NCBI GenBank assembly: GCA_001179505.1
Contig: CDMY01000236.1
Location: forward strand, 62,001-126,000
Direction of reading: 5' to 3'
DNA: 64,000 bases
From: Vitrella brassicaformis CCMP3155
Lineage: Eukaryota > Protista > Chromerida
Shown here: piece after piece, positions 60,257 to 64,000 of the stretch
Numbering within the stretch: position 1 is the first letter of the stretch
Layout of the letters: each line of letters starts with the position of its first letter
Position numbers and translations under genes: made by a program
Notes under the pieces: generated by a model
Databases searched by the model: none
Seen by the model: the letters and a program-made list of their open reading frames with translations, nothing else
Told to the model about the DNA's origin: nothing

Positions 60257-62604
60257 ATGGCCGTCACCACCAAGGGGTACACAAGAGTGCGCCTCAATCA
60301 GAGCGCATTGATCCCTCGGCGCGTCAGCAAGCCTCGTCCATGGGGCGGCGATGGGCGGGTCTTTCGAGGGCTGGAGGCCGAGCACTTCGATATCGATGAT
60401 ACCATCGCTGCCCTCCGCAACACGCTGGCCGATTTTGCTCGACACGGATCATTCAGGGGGCGGGAGGCGGTGTGGCAGCGGCACAGTCTGACTGTGGATA
60501 GTGCCATTGGAGCAGTGCAACCGCTGGCTGCTGCGTCCTTCTTGACGAGCTACAGCAAGGCGGTGAGTCAGTGGGCAAGGGCGATGAATGAATGGAACAT
60601 ACGAAACGTGATTGAATCTGTGTGTCTGGTGGCTTTGTGTGCGCAGGGTTACTTCGACGCTGTGGTTGTCCCCTCTCTGCTTGAGAGGCTCCCCGCAGTC
60701 CCAGAGAGCGTCTGTCCCCGCAGCCTCTCTATGGCCCTCCTCGCCGCATCTCGCCTGCTCCCCTCCGACCCGCCTCCATCCATCGACCTTGCGGCCCTCC
60801 GACACACCATCCAGTGGATGTGCGAGGCTTCCCGCAACCTCAGCGACAGGTTCAATGTGCACGACATCGTCAGCTTGATCGGGGGCATCAGCCGCATGCC
60901 GGCTGTCTACAGGCCGGCCGATGAGTCCTTGCGCGGCGTCGTGGGTGCGATGGTAGTGGGTGCGACTTCAATGGTCGGGGGGTTGCGGGCGTTTGAGGCG
61001 GCGAATTTGGTGCACAATTTGTCACTGCTGCCTTACCGTGACAAAGAGTTGCTCGGCGCCATCTCGGACCGTGCTCCTCAGCTGTTTGAAGGTCGATAGA
61101 AACACTACACTCACTGCATGTCATGTCCGTCTGCCGGAGATCACAGGGGGGATGTGTGTGCGTCGTGTCGTGTTGCTTCCTGGCTGCCATCAGGCGACGA
61201 CCTGCCCCGCAATCTGGTGCTGCTGATCTACGCCTTCTCTAAGCTGGGTTACCATCGGCCGTCCTTTATGACGTGGGTCCACCACCATCTGCACCGGACT
61301 GGGGCTGTGATGCGCTTCAACGCCCAGGACTGCGCCAACTTCTTCGACGCCTGTGCCAAGCTGCAGTCGCTCGTGCCTTCAGAGGTTGCTCAGGCCTTAG
61401 CCAAACGCGTCTATAGGCTTGAAACAGAGGTAGGTGCGCCGCGCCCACATGCAGCTCACAGATACCTACCTCAGGGCATGTCCATCTGTATGCCTTTCTT
61501 TCTTCTGCTCAGTTGGAGCTTCGCCACCTTGCTGCTCTAATCCATGCGTTCTCCTCCCCTGCCGTCGCAACGTTCCCAAGAGGGGAGCTGGCGAGCTTCA
61601 ACGAGTGGCTCCTCGGCTGCTGCGAGACCCGCATCCAACGATCACGCCACCCGTCCTCCCACGATCTCCTCAGCCTCGTGTCCTCCCTGGGTGTGGCCGG
61701 CCACAGACGGCCGTCCCTGTTTGCTCTCGTTGCTGCTCGTTTGGGGCTTCCTGAAAGGGTCTCATCACTTTCTCCCAGTCAGCTGGCTATCGTGGCGTCG
61801 ACATACGCGCGGCTTGACCTGGTGCCAACGTTCCCCCATCTGCTGCACGGCATCGAGAGTGCTGTCCGCCAGTGTGTCGATCATGTGAGTGGAGGGACGT
61901 CCGGTGACCATCGAGAAATGGGCAGTCAGCTGCAGCTGTGGGGCAACCTGGCTTTTGCAATGGCCATGGCCCAGCACACCCATCCCTTGCTACTGGGAGC
62001 AATGCTGCAAATCCGCTTCCAGCCGAGACACGTAGCCCCGAAGCTCTCTGCTGCTGCCTACGAGGGCGTCTGGGGCCCCCTGCGCCAGCTGTATCAGTGG
62101 AGCGGCCTGCACGGCTGGGAAGCCGCCAAGTGGATGACGGCACTCGCAGCATGCAAATGGCAGCTCCGGCGAGGCAGCGACGAGAGCCAGTCCGTCGAGG
62201 ACTCTCTGTCTCTCGCGTCGCTCGAGCGGGCTCTCTATGTGGCTGTCTCTTACGAGGCCTTTCAGGAGAAGCTCACGTCTGAGCGTCGAGGCATCGAGAG
62301 CTGTGAGAGCGATCTGGCCTTCAGCTGGTCAGGAGGGCTGTCGACGTCCGAGGCAGCAGAGCTGCTTGACTCTACCGAGCAGACACAGCTGCCGACCTCC
62401 GACGCAATGGGCCGAGAGGTGGAGGGGACATTGGGCAGACTGCATGCGCTGGGGCGGGTGGAGGTGTCGGCACATCACCTGGCTGGGCAATTCCGTCTGG
62501 ACTTCCTAGTCATGCCGGGGAGGGGGGAGACCGAGACCAATACACATGTCGGCGAGGTCAGGTGGTCGGCAGCTGAAGGCGAGGGTGCGAGGGTGCGTGC
62601 CTGA
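60257..62604 (+). CDS. Helical-repeat (FASTK/HPR/OPR-like) RNA-binding protein, probably organellar; start of a RAP-like domain at the C-terminus
   Basis: Repeated helical units FNVHDIVSLIGGISRM, LRAFEAANLVHNLSLL, LPRNLVLLIYAFSKLGY, FNAQDCANFFDACAKL, LELRHLAALIHAFSS, LSPSQLAIVASTYARL. C-terminal AGQFRLDFLV. Basic, Arg-rich N-terminus. Confidence 0.62.
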
Positions 62605-63155
62605 CTGCAGAGTGACGACTTTCTTCATCAAGCTAGCATGAAATATATTGGCATATATATACCTGCCGTTGAATGCCATTTGACAGGGGAGGCATACATG
62701 TGCAGGTGAGTCCATACCCTCAGTCGATTTCTGTGAGGGGTCAGAAGCCGGTGGTCCTCAGTAGGTCGGGGGGGCCTGGTGGGTGTGATGCGATTGAGAT
62801 GTGTGTGGGGGAGGTGTCGTTCAAAGGGGGGGAGGGGCAACAAGAAGCCGAAGAAACGTATTGTGTGTGCATTGTGTGATGGTGGCACAGATTGAACTAC
62901 ATATGATGAGCAGACATCCTTTCTGTACTCTGACATTTATCCTACTCAGTCAGACATCGGTCTTTTATTTCTCCTCCCTCAGCCGTTGCCAACGGCTGCG
63001 TGGAAAACGCCGCTTCGTTGCTCCTTTCTCGTCACAAGCTGATCACCGGGAGAGCGGCGTCGGTCGTCTGCGAGTGTTTGTCTGCTAGCGTGATATCTGT
63101 GAGTGAGCGGTGTGCTGTGCTGTGCGTGAGGGACTTCGTCGACTTGAGAGAGGGG

Positions 63156-63698
63156 ATGGCGCGGACCAAGCAGACCGCCAGGAAGTCGACGGGCGGCAAG
63201 GCGCCCCGCAACCAGCTGGCCTCTAAGGTGAGAACAAAGGTGCCAATCACAACAATGTACGTGAAAAGTGTCTGTGCTGTGTGGGTGAAGTACTTGAAGT
63301 CGGCCCCCGTGTCTGGCGGTGTCAAGAAGCCCCACCGCTACCGCCCCGGGACGGTGGCGTTGCGTGAGATCCGCAAGCACCAGAAGAGCACCGAACTGCT
63401 GCTCCGCAAGTTGCCCTTCCAGCGTCTGGTCAAGGAGCTTGCCCAGGACTTCAAGACGGACCTCCGCTTCCAGTCACAGGCCGTGTTGGCCCTTCAGGAG
63501 GCCAGCGAGGCCCACATGGTCGGGCTGCTCGAGGACTCCAACCTCTGCGCCATCCACGCCAAGCGAGTGACCGTCATGCCCAAGGACATCCAACTCGCCA
63601 AACGCATCCGCGGCGAGAATAAATCAACACGCCATCCCACGGGAGGGGTGTGGTGGTGGGTAAGGAGTGGGAGGGGGTGGGGACTGGGTAGGAAGTAA
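63156..63698 (+). CDS. H3: Divergent histone H3 (H3.3-like) variant or decaying copy
   Basis: ATG 63156 [24 protein letters not shown]; probable intron from 63228; [47 protein letters not shown] followed by a non-canonical extension to TAA 63698. Confidence 0.9.
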   Translation: MARTKQTARKSTGGKAPRNQLASKVRTKVPITTMYVKSVCAVWVKYLKSAPVSGGVKKPHRYRPGTVALREIRKHQKSTELLLRKLPFQRLVKELAQDFKTDLRFQSQAVLALQEASEAHMVGLLEDSNLCAIHAKRVTVMPKDIQLAKRIRGENKSTRHPTGGVWWWVRSGRGWGLGRK

Positions 63699-64000
63699 AG
63701 TGACTGATGTGCGTCACACATCGCCTGGGTGTGAAGGCTGTCTTGACGCACATCACACACGACTCCACGCACCTCTCTCTCTCCCTGTCTGTTTGTCTGT
63801 CTGTCTGTCTCTCTCTCTCTGTGCATCGACTCGTGTGCTCAGCTCGTTGCATCTGCGGAAAGGTGATAAATAAGGTAGACGGCTGTGCTGTGCTGTGCTG
63901 TGCTGCGTGTGGATAAGGCAGCCATGCATTTGTCGGCAGGTAAGTGTGTCGTGGGGGAAAGGTGGCTGTGAGTGAGGATGTGGCCGTGTGCATGTGCCTG

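Noticed and set aside
63000-63155. In-frame N-terminal extension upstream of the H3 ATG (CENP-A-like long tail)
   Set aside because: The text looks like 5' UTR/intron (gtgagt.., tgtgctgtgctg). The canonical [11 protein letters not shown] start is present, and the histone fold lacks the longer loop 1 of CenH3.
1-64000. rRNA, tRNA, snoRNA or spliced-leader genes
   Set aside because: None recognisable by eye. Small ncRNAs in introns cannot be excluded without Infernal/tRNAscan.

Overview
Eukaryotic, intron-rich genomic DNA with short GT-AG introns, many carrying (GT)n, (CTGT)n or (GGAT)n microsatellites, and one 300-N assembly gap. The gene content and intron style point to an alveolate, most likely the chromerid Vitrella brassicaformis (inference). 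About 16 protein-coding genes are visible. In order: a >21 kb, 5'-truncated cysteine-repeat modular (CRMP-like) multipass surface receptor; FAM221-like; a secreted protein with two bacterial-looking Ig-like modules; focadhesin/RST1-like; an unknown gene with an internal exon-block duplication; an intronless ankyrin protein; a divergent cyclin; a 3-hydroxyisobutyrate dehydrogenase-family enzyme; a putative folate-receptor-fold secreted protein; a membrane-anchored PEBP; a low-complexity hypothetical; a full-length family A DNA polymerase with a probable organelle presequence; an RsuA-family pseudouridine synthase; a surface protein built on a bacterial beta-helix-like domain; a helical-repeat FASTK/RAP-like protein; and a degenerate histone H3.3-like variant. 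No rRNA, tRNA, CRISPR array or recognisable transposase was seen. Spans of multi-exon genes were stitched by eye from ORF fragments and splice sites, so gene ends are approximate. Family assignments come from motif recognition, not database searches.
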